Virus record (IMG/VR): IMGVR_UViG_3300005512_000019
Source of the DNA: an uncultured virus (IMG/VR IMGVR_UViG_3300005512_000019)
Lineage: Duplodnaviria; Heunggongvirae; Uroviricota; Caudoviricetes
Strand: one strand, 5' to 3'
DNA: 64,000 nucleotides
Shown here: positions 36,875-46,608 of the stretch, piece after piece
How positions within the stretch are numbered: the stretch's first letter is position 1
How the letters are laid out: every line of letters begins with the position of its first letter
The notes under the pieces: model-generated
Database searches by the model: none
Told to the model about the DNA's origin: nothing
The model's input: the letters and a program-made list of their open reading frames with translations, nothing else
Position numbers and translations under genes: made by a program

Positions 36875-37822
36875 CTACCTCCTTTGGTGTCTCGGGCTCT
36901 TGGGACCTTCCCTGAGCCGTTGCGATACTCTACCGTGTCTTGGAGTTTGGGTCAAGACCTTTTTTCCAAAAAAGTCCTCCCACTCATTCAGCTTGTCCTC
37001 GGCCAGGAAGGAGTTGAAGCCAAACTCCTCGCAGACAGCCATAAACTCCGCCATACTGAGTTGGTCAGCCTTCATGCTGATCGGGCTTGTCTTTGGGTAG
37101 GGTAGCCGGACCAGCTCCAGGTTGCGCTCCTCAATCTTCCGGCCGTCCTCGGAGGTGATGTCCTTGTAGGCCTTGGAGTCCTTCTTGAGGATGCCTCGGA
37201 GGTACTTGGCTGCGGTCTTGTTCCCCACTCCGGCTACCCCCGGCACCTCATCCGAGGAGCACCCCGCAATAGCCTTCACCCGGACCCAATCCCGAGGACG
37301 CAGCTGCCACTCCTCCCGGAAGTCCATCTCAGTGTACTCCGCCCGCTTGGAGGGATTCCAGATGCGGACGTTGGGGGCCAGGAGTTGGTACAGGTCCTCA
37401 TCCGCTGCCACAATGACGTACTCCCCGAGCCCTCCCGTCACGATCTGAGCCATGAGGTCATCCCCCTCCAGCCCCGGCTGAATCAGGACGTTGGAGAAGC
37501 CTATGTCAGGGAGGACCTCCAGCTGCAGCAGCTTGAACTGATGGAAGGCGGCATCATCCAGAGCCCGATCCTCGGGTGACTTGCTGGCCCCTCCCCGGCT
37601 CTGCTTGTACCATGGGTGCTTCAGCTTCCGGTAGGAGTGAATGCTGTCCCAGCAGAATGCGAAGTACACGCTGCGATACCGCTGGGCCAGGGAGAGGATA
37701 TCATTCATGAATCCAAACACCACCCCGGTATCCGCCCCACCATGGGCTAGCCCCCGCATTGCGTGCTTGGCGCGGTGCCCGAGGTAGTTGGAGTCAACCA
37801 CGATGAGTGGGGTTTCAATCAT
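36875..37822 (-). CDS. 5'-3' exonuclease/flap endonuclease (Pol I 5' nuclease/T4 RNase H family)
   Basis: VVDSN, FCWD, YKQSR, EGDD, DEDLYQL, GCSSDEVPGVAGVGNKTA. Confidence 0.92.
   Translation of the reverse strand: MIETPLIVVDSNYLGHRAKHAMRGLAHGGADTGVVFGFMNDILSLAQRYRSVYFAFCWDSIHSYRKLKHPWYKQSRGGASKSPEDRALDDAAFHQFKLLQLEVLPDIGFSNVLIQPGLEGDDLMAQIVTGGLGEYVIVAADEDLYQLLAPNVRIWNPSKRAEYTEMDFREEWQLRPRDWVRVKAIAGCSSDEVPGVAGVGNKTAAKYLRGILKKDSKAYKDITSEDGRKIEERNLELVRLPYPKTSPISMKADQLSMAEFMAVCEEFGFNSFLAEDKLNEWEDFFGKKVLTQTPRHGRVSQRLREGPKSPRHQRR
36927..36967 (-). promoter_or_regulatory. internal sigma70-like promoter
   Basis: TTGACC-N17-TAGAGT with upstream GGAAAAAAGGTC, similar to the promoters at ~600 and ~54090. 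Confidence 0.55.
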
Positions 37823-38100
37823 AGCCCGTGCCTCCAGATGGAGCAGGCAACCAAGGTCCCAAGCGTCACCAGCAACCAGATGATGCGGCAGACATCCTTC
37901 TCGGTCTCGGAGGCCCCCGCCGCAACCAGCTCCAAAGGTATCATCCCGTGCCGGCGGTAGTTGCGGCCGGATAGCCGGGAGAACAGGTGATACAGGGACC
38001 ACCCGAGGAGCAGCAGAAGCCATACAGGCAGCACTTCTACCCGAGCGGCCAGCCGTCCTACTGGCCCCTTGTTCCAATATGGCAGAAAGTCACGGAGCAT
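37819..38100 (-). CDS. small membrane protein
   Basis: Two hydrophobic segments; overlaps both neighbours. Confidence 0.45.
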   Translation of the reverse strand: MLRDFLPYWNKGPVGRLAARVEVLPVWLLLLLGWSLYHLFSRLSGRNYRRHGMIPLELVAAGASETEKDVCRIIWLLVTLGTLVACSIWRHGL

Positions 38101-38459
38101 CACACCAACCTCACCCACGCCCCGGAGGGCATCACCTGATATACCGCCCCGGACTTGAACATGCGGAAGTCCCCGGTGACACGCCGCTTCTTGGTCCCGC
38201 CGTCCGGGGTCCTCTCCGTCACGGTGATGGACTTCCGAGTCAGGGGCATCCAGCAGGTCTGGGGCATCCGGCCGCTCTGGCGCACGCCCTTCTTGTAGGG
38301 TTTGCAGGGGTTCTTGCCCCGTTTGCGCCACGCCCTGGCCAGGGACTTGGGCACGTGCGCCCAGCGGGGTATCCCCGAGGGACCGGGCAGAAGGGGGGGC
38401 TGTCCGGGAGAGGGGTTGTTGCTCGGATTGGGTTTGATCAACTTGAACATGTCACTCAT
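38100..38459 (-). CDS. basic hypothetical protein
   Basis: GGAGG SD; fits the operon. Confidence 0.55.
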   Translation of the reverse strand: MSDMFKLIKPNPSNNPSPGQPPLLPGPSGIPRWAHVPKSLARAWRKRGKNPCKPYKKGVRQSGRMPQTCWMPLTRKSITVTERTPDGGTKKRRVTGDFRMFKSGAVYQVMPSGAWVRLV

Positions 38460-39624
38460 ACCTCCTCTTGCGGTTCATTTTCAGGGAGTCCTCCAACGAG
38501 TCCCACCCCTGCTGGAGACGTGCTCGCAAGTCAGCCTCCATTCCAGCCTCTTCAATCTGTTGAATCAGGGAGGAGCGGTTGGCCTTTGCCCCCAACCCAT
38601 CGGCCGTGATCACCCCGTTGACCTTCTTCCACTCCTTGGCCCACACCAGCCAGTCGATGGAGGCCCCAATATCATCCGGCCCGTAGTCATAGAAGATGGG
38701 GAAGTCAACAGCGCGCTTCTTCCCGTTGACCTTGGACTTGCTGACCTTGACTCGGCTCTCCATTCCCACAGCAAAGTTGCGCTCCCGGCGGGTGACCTTG
38801 ATCTGACCAACGTGGGCCAGCCACATCTCCACGGAGGAGTAAAACTCAAGAGCCCGCCCACCGCTCCGGGTCTTGGGGGCAAAGGACCCTCCGTCAATGT
38901 TGTCACGGGTCTGGGAGACCACCAGGAGGAGGCTCTGTGTCTCCTCAATGGCGGAGTTGAGATTGCGCAGGAGGTTGGAGGCCTGCTTGGGCTTGGCCAT
39001 GCCGTAGGAGCCTGCCAGCTTCTCCTCTGCCGGCAGCTTCTTCCCCTCCCGCTCGGCCTTCTCCCTCTTCTCACGGGCCTGATGGTGCTTGGTGAGGTGA
39101 GCAATGTCCGCCTCTGCGTCCAGAGCGTCAAAGGAGTCCTCAACGTAAATGAAGGGCTTGCCTACCTTCACGGCCTGGGCTACGTTGAAGTGGAAGTCCT
39201 CCACCGTCCGGCTCCGGCCCTTCACCCTCTTCTTCCTGCCGTTGACTTCAATTTCCCACCAGCAGGGGGGCTCAATAGCAGCAGCAAACCGGGAGCCAAA
39301 CAGCTTGGCCAAGTTGAACTGGTCCGCTGCTTCTGCATCGTCATAGATGTACCTGTACTTGTCCCCCAGGCGGTAGTAGTTTTCAGCCAACGTCCCGAGA
39401 GCCAGGATGGTCTTGCCGGCATGGCTGTCCCCGATGATGTTGCCGATTGTCCCGCCGGGGAAGCCTCCATCAGTCCGGTCTGAAATTGCGAGGTTGAGGA
39501 CGGCTATGGGGGTTGGAAACCACATGCACCCCGGCCGAGGGGTCCCCGGCTCCTTGGTGATGGGGGACTTCTTGCGGGGAGACTTGACCTGCTCCGCTAC
39601 CTTCTTGATGATCCTGCGCTTCAT
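38452..39624 (-). CDS. RecA/UvsX-like recombinase
   Basis: GDSHAGKT, DAE, DSFDAL, SQTRDNI, SGGRALEFYSS. Confidence 0.92.
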   Translation of the reverse strand: MKRRIIKKVAEQVKSPRKKSPITKEPGTPRPGCMWFPTPIAVLNLAISDRTDGGFPGGTIGNIIGDSHAGKTILALGTLAENYYRLGDKYRYIYDDAEAADQFNLAKLFGSRFAAAIEPPCWWEIEVNGRKKRVKGRSRTVEDFHFNVAQAVKVGKPFIYVEDSFDALDAEADIAHLTKHHQAREKREKAEREGKKLPAEEKLAGSYGMAKPKQASNLLRNLNSAIEETQSLLLVVSQTRDNIDGGSFAPKTRSGGRALEFYSSVEMWLAHVGQIKVTRRERNFAVGMESRVKVSKSKVNGKKRAVDFPIFYDYGPDDIGASIDWLVWAKEWKKVNGVITADGLGAKANRSSLIQQIEEAGMEADLRARLQQGWDSLEDSLKMNRKRRYE

Positions 39625-39686
39625 ATCGGTCTCTCCGAAGGCTCAGGGGACCTCCCGCCGGGGAGGCCCCCCTCGCATGCTAGGTG

Positions 39687-40916
39687 CTACCGCCGGGGGC
39701 GTCTGGGTATCCGCCCGCCAGAAGGCTTCTCAGTGGCAGGCGCGCCACCTCTCGGCTTCCTCGCAGGCCGTTTCGGGGCCTGGGTCTCCTCTTCCGGCTC
39801 CTCCGCCCCTTCCTGGGGCCACTCGGCCGCATCCGGGTCCCTGCGCGGGCCACGGCCGGGGCGGCGGGGTCCCTTGGGGGGCTCGGGCTCCTCTTCCGGC
39901 TCCACGATCACGCCCAGGCCTTTGCACGGGACGCAGGTGCCGCCCTTGGAGGCCTCCCCGGACCCACCGCAGGCCTTGCAGATGATGTAGCCGTCCGCCG
40001 GGACATAGCCTGAGTTTTCGCAGGCCTTGCAGCCGTCCCCGTCACACTCCGGGCACTTGTCCCAACCTTCCACCACGCCCTCACCGCTGTCCGGCTCGGC
40101 CTCTTCCTCCGGCTCCGGCTCGGGGTCCTTGGGGCGGGAGGGGCGGCTGGGGGTCCGGGAGGGGCGGCTGGGCTTCTCCTCGTAGTCCTCCCGCTTGGCC
40201 CCCTCGGTGTCCCCTCCGAGGAAAATGGCCTTGATCTCGTCATAGCTGAGGACGTTGAAAACGGAGTCCAGGTCTGCCACGTAGTTGAGCCACTCCTCAT
40301 CGTAGTCCCCACGCGGCTCAAAGTCAAACCTGTCCGCCTCCAGAAACTTGTTTTTGCCAAGTCTCTCCTCGGAGAAGCGCACAACCACCGTCCGGCCTCC
40401 CTCCAGGTCTGCAAAAGCGCAGTTGGAGGGGTCCCCATCCCGCAGCTCCTTCTCCAGCTGCTTGCCAAACAGGTGGTAGGAGATGTCCATGACCTGGACT
40501 CCCGCCTCATCGTTGTCCAGGTCCACAACGTTGAACAGCTCCCGCTCCTTGGCGCGCAGGGCCTTGACCATCTCCTCGTCAACGTCCTCCTGCTTGCGCA
40601 GCCGCTTGTACTCCTCGCAGATCGGGCAACGCTGCCCAATCGTTTTGGGGCAGATCAGCGCACGGTTCTCCGGCCCCACGTCAAAGTGGATCCAGAAGGT
40701 GCGCTGGTACCAGAGGTCACCCACCTCAATCCCGGCCGGATGCCCCGGCACCTTCACCTCGTAGGGGAGCAAGTCCAGGCGCATGGTCCCTTCCTTGATC
40801 TCCAACTGCTTGACTCCCTCGGGGAGCCTGACGGTGCTCTCTCCGCTCCCGCCGTCCTTCCGGTCCTCCGCCCGCTGGCGGGTCCGGTCTGCCATTGATC
40901 TCCGCTTGCCCATCAC
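39687..40916 (-). CDS. single-stranded DNA-binding protein (T4 gp32-like) with DnaJ-type Zn finger and low-complexity tail
   Basis: WIH..CP....CPICE, GRTVVVRF; four CxxCxxxG repeats. Confidence 0.75.
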   Translation of the reverse strand: MMGKRRSMADRTRQRAEDRKDGGSGESTVRLPEGVKQLEIKEGTMRLDLLPYEVKVPGHPAGIEVGDLWYQRTFWIHFDVGPENRALICPKTIGQRCPICEEYKRLRKQEDVDEEMVKALRAKERELFNVVDLDNDEAGVQVMDISYHLFGKQLEKELRDGDPSNCAFADLEGGRTVVVRFSEERLGKNKFLEADRFDFEPRGDYDEEWLNYVADLDSVFNVLSYDEIKAIFLGGDTEGAKREDYEEKPSRPSRTPSRPSRPKDPEPEPEEEAEPDSGEGVVEGWDKCPECDGDGCKACENSGYVPADGYIICKACGGSGEASKGGTCVPCKGLGVIVEPEEEPEPPKGPRRPGRGPRRDPDAAEWPQEGAEEPEEETQAPKRPARKPRGGAPATEKPSGGRIPRRPRR

Positions 40917-41059
40917 TGTCCTCCTTGTGTACGTTGCAGGTGCTCTTCAAACGATCTGAACGCAGCCGCTGACAGCACCCTGACTATTGTGTAACTCACT
41001 ACCAACGAAAGCACGCCCTGGGCTGCTCGCAAAAGAAGCCATCCCAGGGCGTTCCACAC
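40913..41059 (-). CDS. 48-aa putative membrane peptide (not in the ORF track)
   Basis: GTG-WNALGWLLLRAAQGVLSLVVSYTIV...; stop overlaps the SSB start. Confidence 0.4.
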   Translation of the reverse strand: MWNALGWLLLRAAQGVLSLVVSYTIVRVLSAAAFRSFEEHLQRTQGGQ

Positions 41060-41062
41060 AGC

Positions 41063-41650
41063 TCACTTCCTCCTGACTACCCGCCGGGGGACGGCGGTTG
41101 GTTTCACCTTGTTGCGGGGAGAGGTGGGGACCTTCCCGGACGGCTCCGGGGCCTCCTCCTCACAGGGCCTCCGGGTGGACATGTTCTTGATCAACTCACG
41201 GACCTCGGCCCGATCCCTCTGGTCAGCCCGCTCCCTGATCTCCGCCATGGTATGCGGGACGTTGGGACCTGCAAAGTAGGTCTGGCCGTGGAGCCGGATG
41301 AGGTACTCAATCATGTCCTTCTTGGCCACCATGTTGAACATGGCCTGCCGGCACAGATCGGCCTCCAGGCGGGTCTGAATAGCGTCCTCCTTGGCCTGCT
41401 TGTGCCGGGGGTGGGTCCGGTAGTAGCTCTCACGTTCATCCTGATTCCCACACCCCATCTTCCCGGCCTCAGCCAGCAGCTCGGCCCGGACCACCTTCAC
41501 CCGCTCCTCGGCTCGGGAGGCCTCAGCCTCAGCCTCAGCGGACAGCCGGGAGTAGTCCATGACCAGCTTGGGGTGGGCCAGGCACTCGGCATCCAGGTTG
41601 TGGATGTCAATTTCCAGGTCCGAGTCAAAATCAAACTGTCTCACGCTCAT
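41063..41650 (-). CDS. UvsY-like recombination mediator
   Basis: Helical protein DLEID..LDAEC..HP...KKDMIEYL...YFAGP upstream of SSB and RecA. Confidence 0.6.
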   Translation of the reverse strand: MSVRQFDFDSDLEIDIHNLDAECLAHPKLVMDYSRLSAEAEAEASRAEERVKVVRAELLAEAGKMGCGNQDERESYYRTHPRHKQAKEDAIQTRLEADLCRQAMFNMVAKKDMIEYLIRLHGQTYFAGPNVPHTMAEIRERADQRDRAEVRELIKNMSTRRPCEEEAPEPSGKVPTSPRNKVKPTAVPRRVVRRK

Positions 41651-41666
41651 TCATTAACCTCCTTGC

Positions 41667-41696
41667 CGCTACTATACAGAATGCGGCCTTTTCAAC
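41667..41696 (-). promoter_or_regulatory. candidate phage-specific promoter GTTGAAAA-N11-GTATAGTAGCG
   Basis: Same architecture as 51268-51297; intergenic, upstream of an SD. Confidence 0.6.
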
Positions 41697-41700
41697 CAAG

Positions 41701-42615
41701 CTATCCGAGCTTGTAGGCCTCCAGGCACGACATGGTCAGGCCTGCCGCTTTGGTGTTGAAGTACGGCTCCCGGAAGCAGTCCATCACGAACACCTCCCGC
41801 TCGGAGCCCCGGTTGAGGGCGACAGCGTTGAGGTATCCCAGGACGGCATAGCGGATTGACTCCGGGTCCTGGCCCTTGAGGCCCTTGAGGACGTTGATGA
41901 TGTCCTTCCACTTGGCCTTCTTCCCGGCTACCAGGAGCCGGCACAGCTCCACCACCTCATTCTCCACCTCGGCCTGCCGCTCGGCCGCAGCCAACATGTC
42001 CTTCTCGGGGAGGTCCACCACCTTCTCCAGGATGACCAGGGCTAGCCGGGGGCTCCCCGTAGCGTCCCGAGCAATCTGGCCCAGCACCTCCGAGGGCACT
42101 GCCTTCCCCTCGGCCTCCAGTATCTCCTCCATGAGCTGAACAAGCAACTCCTCGGAGAGCTGCTCCACCACGTAGTCCGTGCAGCGGGTGCGTATGGTGG
42201 GAAGCAGCTTTTGGGGGTCCGTGGTGCACAGGAAGAAGTACACGTGTTTGGGGGTATCCTCCAGGGCCTTGAGCAGGGCGTTCTGGGCGTCCTTGGTCAG
42301 CTGGTGTACCTCATCCAGTATCCAGCCCCGGTAGCTCCCCTTGGAGGGGGCAAACGCCATGGACTCCCGGATGCCCCGGATGGTGTCAATCCCCCGGAAG
42401 TCCGCAGAGTCCAGCTCCACCAAGTCCATGTCGTGGATGCCCACGTCAGCGGCCAGGAGGCGGGCCAGGGTAGTCTTGCCACACCCGCTCGGGCCGATGA
42501 ACAGAATGGCCTTGGGCGGCTTGGGCTTGTCCTTGATGGTCTGGAGAGCGGCCACCGTCTCCTTGTTCCCCAATACCTCCCCCCACTCTCCCGGTCTGTA
42601 GTCAAGATACAACAT
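41701..42615 (-). CDS. clamp loader, DnaX (gamma/tau)-like AAA+ ATPase
   Basis: YRP...VLG, GPSGCGKT, ILDEVH, AQNALLKALE, TIRTRC. Confidence 0.93.
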   Translation of the reverse strand: MLYLDYRPGEWGEVLGNKETVAALQTIKDKPKPPKAILFIGPSGCGKTTLARLLAADVGIHDMDLVELDSADFRGIDTIRGIRESMAFAPSKGSYRGWILDEVHQLTKDAQNALLKALEDTPKHVYFFLCTTDPQKLLPTIRTRCTDYVVEQLSEELLVQLMEEILEAEGKAVPSEVLGQIARDATGSPRLALVILEKVVDLPEKDMLAAAERQAEVENEVVELCRLLVAGKKAKWKDIINVLKGLKGQDPESIRYAVLGYLNAVALNRGSEREVFVMDCFREPYFNTKAAGLTMSCLEAYKLG

Positions 42616-42958
42616 GTCTGATCACCCTCCTGATTTTGCGCAGGGCGTCCGGCCTCTTCCGGCGGATCACCCTGCGCGGTTTCACTACTGTTGGGACGGG
42701 CTCCGGCTCGGGCTTCCTTTCAAGCCACCTCTTCACCGATCTCCTGTCCACTCCCCTGTGGCGGTAGGCGAGCTCACGACAAGCCAAGTCATACTCCCGC
42801 CTGAACACCACTTTGCCGGGGCGGCTAGCCGGGATGCTCTCCCACCAGCTCACCCACCACTTCAACCTCTCATCGGGGAGGTCCTTCAGGCAGACCTCCT
42901 TCTCACCCATCCGGCCTAGCCCCGAGCTATGCCGCCAACTTGATCTCCTTCTTTTCAT
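42602..42958 (-). CDS. basic hypothetical protein
   Basis: Fills the gap between Pol and clamp loader; start uncertain. Confidence 0.5.
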   Translation of the reverse strand: MKRRRSSWRHSSGLGRMGEKEVCLKDLPDERLKWWVSWWESIPASRPGKVVFRREYDLACRELAYRHRGVDRRSVKRWLERKPEPEPVPTVVKPRRVIRRKRPDALRKIRRVIRHVVS

Positions 42959-44354
42959 GCCAACTCCGATCCACAGGGGCCAGGTCCGCTTCTACCTCCA
43001 TTGGGACAATGATCCACGGCCACTTCTCCCTCAGCTCCGGCCCCATGGTCCGCACGGCCGCTTCAAGCACGTCATCCAGCTCGGCCGGAACCACATCCAG
43101 TACAAGTGAATCGTGAATCTGACCGATGATCACGGTGTCCAGCTTATTATACAGCAGCCAGTCGTTTAGATCAATTGCGCTCTGAAGCAGGCAGTGGAAG
43201 GCGGCACCCTGAACTGGGTAGTTGATACAGTCATTTCGGCCCATCACGGAGGAGCACCGAAAGCCTGTCTTCATGTCGATGTATCCCCGCTTCAAGTAGC
43301 CGTCCCACCAGTCCTCCTTCCACCTGGCATAGACGGGAAAACGCTCACCCCAAAACTTCTTTTCCACCATGCGTATATGCCACGAGAAAGGCTCAGGCCC
43401 GTCCAGGTGGACCGTCCCCCATTCCCACGAGGTCCGGTCACCCCTCGGCCGGGGTATCTGTACCCGGACCCGCTGCCTGGCTAGGTGGTCCCGCATATTC
43501 TCCCCGTCCCTGATCTCCAGCTTGGCCGAGCTGGTCCAGAGGCTCTGAGCTACGTTGGCCCAATAGCTTCCATAAAACTCGGGGAACACAAAGTCATTCT
43601 TGCCACTGAACCGGATGTGCTTGTCCACCAACTCCGGGGGGAGCACGTAGCAGTCCCCGGCCGAGTCACGGTGCATGTCTTTGGAGGGGTCCAGGATGTA
43701 CCGGATCATGCCTGGGTCCTTGTGGTAGCACGCCGCCACCCGGACCTCCGCTCCCGAGTAGTCCAGCTCCAGTATCTGCCGGCCGGGGCGGGGGATGATC
43801 GCACTGCGAATGATGCGGCCAATCTCCGGGTTGCGGATGGGCATGTTCTGGAAGTTGGGGTTGGAGCAGGAGGAGCGGAAGGTGGGGACTGTATGCAGCT
43901 TGAATAGCGGGTGCAGGTAGCCGTCCACCGCCTCCCGTAGGATGCTGGACAGGTAGGTGTCACGGGCCTTCCCGAGCCTGCGCCACCGAATGAGGCGGGG
44001 TATCCACTCCACGTCCAGCTGCATCAGGGAGTCAGCGTCCACCGCCCTCTTCTGAGCCAGCCCCGTTTTCCGGGCGGGGTCCAGGCCCATCCGATCATAC
44101 AGCAGCTCAGCAACCTGATCGTTGGTCCCCAGGTCCAGCTTCCGGCCCTTCACCCGCCTCCATTCCTTCATCTCGGGGAGGGCGTGGAGCTCATCCTCAA
44201 GGTCCTCAATCTCCCCGGTCAACTCGGTGAAAGCCCTCTCGCAGTATTCAGTGTCCACCCGGACCCCGTTGGAGCTGATGTCTGACAGGGCTATAGCTCC
44301 CCGGTGCAGCAGCTCATAGGCCGTCTCCTGTGTAGGTTTTACCACCATGTCCAA
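42927..44354 (-). CDS. family A DNA polymerase, polymerase subunit
   Basis: RSSCSNPNFQN, motif A LDYSGAEVR, RFSGKNDFVFPEFYG, NYPVQG, motif C IHDS. Confidence 0.95.
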   Translation of the reverse strand: MDMVVKPTQETAYELLHRGAIALSDISSNGVRVDTEYCERAFTELTGEIEDLEDELHALPEMKEWRRVKGRKLDLGTNDQVAELLYDRMGLDPARKTGLAQKRAVDADSLMQLDVEWIPRLIRWRRLGKARDTYLSSILREAVDGYLHPLFKLHTVPTFRSSCSNPNFQNMPIRNPEIGRIIRSAIIPRPGRQILELDYSGAEVRVAACYHKDPGMIRYILDPSKDMHRDSAGDCYVLPPELVDKHIRFSGKNDFVFPEFYGSYWANVAQSLWTSSAKLEIRDGENMRDHLARQRVRVQIPRPRGDRTSWEWGTVHLDGPEPFSWHIRMVEKKFWGERFPVYARWKEDWWDGYLKRGYIDMKTGFRCSSVMGRNDCINYPVQGAAFHCLLQSAIDLNDWLLYNKLDTVIIGQIHDSLVLDVVPAELDDVLEAAVRTMGPELREKWPWIIVPMEVEADLAPVDRSWHEKKEIKLAA

Positions 44355-45577
44355 ATACTCCCCCGGCCGAGCAGCTCCATTTGGAGGTTGCCCAGCCAGT
44401 GTTCCACTAGTGAATCAATTGCGCAGTACCGCAGGAGGCTCCTGATGTCCACCTCGTGAATACGGTTGAAGGCGTTTGCGTTGGAATCATCCTTGCTTCT
44501 GAGAAACGGGGAGATGTGGGAGGAGTAGTCCATGACCCCAAAATGGAAGAGGGCCTGAGACTTCACCCCATTCACCCCGGAGCCCCGGCGGTTGTCATGA
44601 ACGTGCGCGGCCAGGACCGTGTCCCACGTCCAGCCGTCCACAATAGCGTCCAGGAGGACTCGGCTCCACACGTCCTCAAAGCCCAGGTTGGCGGCTATCT
44701 TGGGGATGGGGCTTTCCAGGAAGGCCTTGAGATGGGGGCGGACCTTCTCCGTGACAGGGAAGGCTCCCGAGCGGAAAGGGCTGTCAGCGATTGACGCGCA
44801 CACAATCCGATGGCCCACTGCATGCGGCTTGATCCCAGTGGTCTCGTAGTCCACGGCGGCTACCGGGGGCGGATCGTTGATCACCTCCTGAATGAAGTCA
44901 ATGGCCTCATCCTCATCCTGGGTAGTCCAGATGCAGTCGTCAAAGGAGGGGTGCCGCCGGATCGGGACGTTGAGCAGGTCCACCGCCTGCCGGAGGTCCT
45001 GATTGAATACCACCTCGGCTACCTCCGGGCAAGAGCCCCTGAGCAGGTAGGAGGGGTGGAAGGTAGGACATACCCAACAGTTGTTCTCCTGATCAGGGAT
45101 AGTCCGCCCCCTCCACCGTCCCACGCTCATCTCCCCGTCAGCTCGGTCTCCAAAGTAGGAGCGCACGGCCGTCCCCCCGAGGAGGACCACAACCTTGGGC
45201 GGATACTCCTTGAGCTCCTTGAACACCATTGGCCGGCATCCCTCCACCTCGGTGGGGGTAGGGGTGCGGTTGTTCGGAGGGCGGCAGGTGACAGCGTTAT
45301 GCTTGCGGGCGTCCCGGTCCAGGTCTATGCCCAGGGGCCGGAGGTGCTGGCGCAGATACTGGCCAGCCTTGCCGATTAACTGGGTGCCCCGGCGGTCCTC
45401 CTCCTCTCCGGGGGCCTCAGCCAGAAACAGCAAGCCCAACCGCCCCTCACCGGAGGGCGGCATGTTGGGCGACAAGCACTTGTCATTGAGCTTGCACCCG
45501 CCACACCGCTGGATAGTCCTCCGGCGGGGCTTGTGGTTGGCAATCAACTCCTCGTGAGTGAAGAATCCCTTGTTCAT
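44339..45577 (-). CDS. family-4 uracil-DNA glycosylase-like domain fused to a 3'-5' exonuclease (N-terminal subunit of split PolA)
   Basis: CxxC..C Fe-S, AEAPGEEED, CRPPNNRTP, FHPSYLLR; then VDYETTG, ANLGFE, YCAID. Confidence 0.92.
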   Translation of the reverse strand: MNKGFFTHEELIANHKPRRRTIQRCGGCKLNDKCLSPNMPPSGEGRLGLLFLAEAPGEEEDRRGTQLIGKAGQYLRQHLRPLGIDLDRDARKHNAVTCRPPNNRTPTPTEVEGCRPMVFKELKEYPPKVVVLLGGTAVRSYFGDRADGEMSVGRWRGRTIPDQENNCWVCPTFHPSYLLRGSCPEVAEVVFNQDLRQAVDLLNVPIRRHPSFDDCIWTTQDEDEAIDFIQEVINDPPPVAAVDYETTGIKPHAVGHRIVCASIADSPFRSGAFPVTEKVRPHLKAFLESPIPKIAANLGFEDVWSRVLLDAIVDGWTWDTVLAAHVHDNRRGSGVNGVKSQALFHFGVMDYSSHISPFLRSKDDSNANAFNRIHEVDIRSLLRYCAIDSLVEHWLGNLQMELLGRGSIWTWW

Positions 45578-46608
45578 CAGTCTGTGTGGAGGAGGGTCAT
45601 GGACACGTGGGTGAGGTTCTCCCCGTCCAGCCGGATCATGTTGGACCCGATAGTGACGGTGCGGAGGAGCCCGATGGCCTCCTTGAGGTGGGTGGCCCGC
45701 ATGGAGACGGTAGCCGGGGCGGGGCTGGCCTTCTTCAAGGCAACCTCCTCCTCAAACCAGCCGTGCTCCCCCTTCCCGCTGAGGGTGAGGGTCTTGTCCT
45801 TGATCACCAGCTTGACGGGCTCGTGGGACTCCCCCTTGGAGAAGATGTACGCCGCATCAATCACCTCCCCGAGGTCTGGCAGCTCCACCTCCGGGCCTTC
45901 CACCTGGTCGATGAGCTTGTCCAGGTCCGGGAATTGATCATCCATGGTCCGGCAGGACAGGAACACATCAGCCTTCCCGTAGAAGTGGAGCCACCCCGCC
46001 ACCACGGCCACCGCTGTCGGTTCATAGGCGGAGAGCAGCTTGGCCGCTTTGGCCGGGAGCAGTAGATCATCCTCCCACTTCACCCCCTTCTTCCAGGTGT
46101 AGCGGGTCAGCCGGATGTTGTTGCAGGACTCCACGTGATCCCCGGTCAGGTGCATGCAGAGGAGGACGGGGCGGGTGGTGTCGGTGGAGGTCGTGAACGC
46201 GCACATCTCCACCCCCTGAATGAAGTCCTCGGGGAGGTCCAACCAGTCCTCCTCTCCGGGGTATTCCAACTCAGCGATAGGCAACCTGATCTCGGCCTCC
46301 ATCTTGACTCCGCAGTTCCACTTCTTCCCCTTGATCCGCAGCTCCCCCTCCTTGGCCGTGAGGGTGACCTCCTCATCCTTCTTCCGGCGGAGGACCTTGT
46401 ACAGCTCCTCGGCCGCTACCGCCCCCTCAAAGTCCAGGCCGGAGAGGGGGTGGGAGACACTCATTTCATCGTTGTAGGTGACCGCCTCCCCCGCATCATC
46501 CTCCCCCCGGAATACAAAGGAGCCGGACTGCTCCACCGTTTCGGACTTGGCCAGCCCCGGCTGGACGGCTTCCAGTATGCCCAACAACTTCTCTCTCTCA
46601 ATCTTCAC
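45577..46608 (-). CDS. sliding clamp (DnaN/beta-clamp-like)
   Basis: MKIEREKLLGIL, TTRPVL, SCNNIRL, QFPD; 343 aa next to Pol and clamp loader. Confidence 0.82.
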   Translation of the reverse strand: MKIEREKLLGILEAVQPGLAKSETVEQSGSFVFRGEDDAGEAVTYNDEMSVSHPLSGLDFEGAVAAEELYKVLRRKKDEEVTLTAKEGELRIKGKKWNCGVKMEAEIRLPIAELEYPGEEDWLDLPEDFIQGVEMCAFTTSTDTTRPVLLCMHLTGDHVESCNNIRLTRYTWKKGVKWEDDLLLPAKAAKLLSAYEPTAVAVVAGWLHFYGKADVFLSCRTMDDQFPDLDKLIDQVEGPEVELPDLGEVIDAAYIFSKGESHEPVKLVIKDKTLTLSGKGEHGWFEEEVALKKASPAPATVSMRATHLKEAIGLLRTVTIGSNMIRLDGENLTHVSMTLLHTD

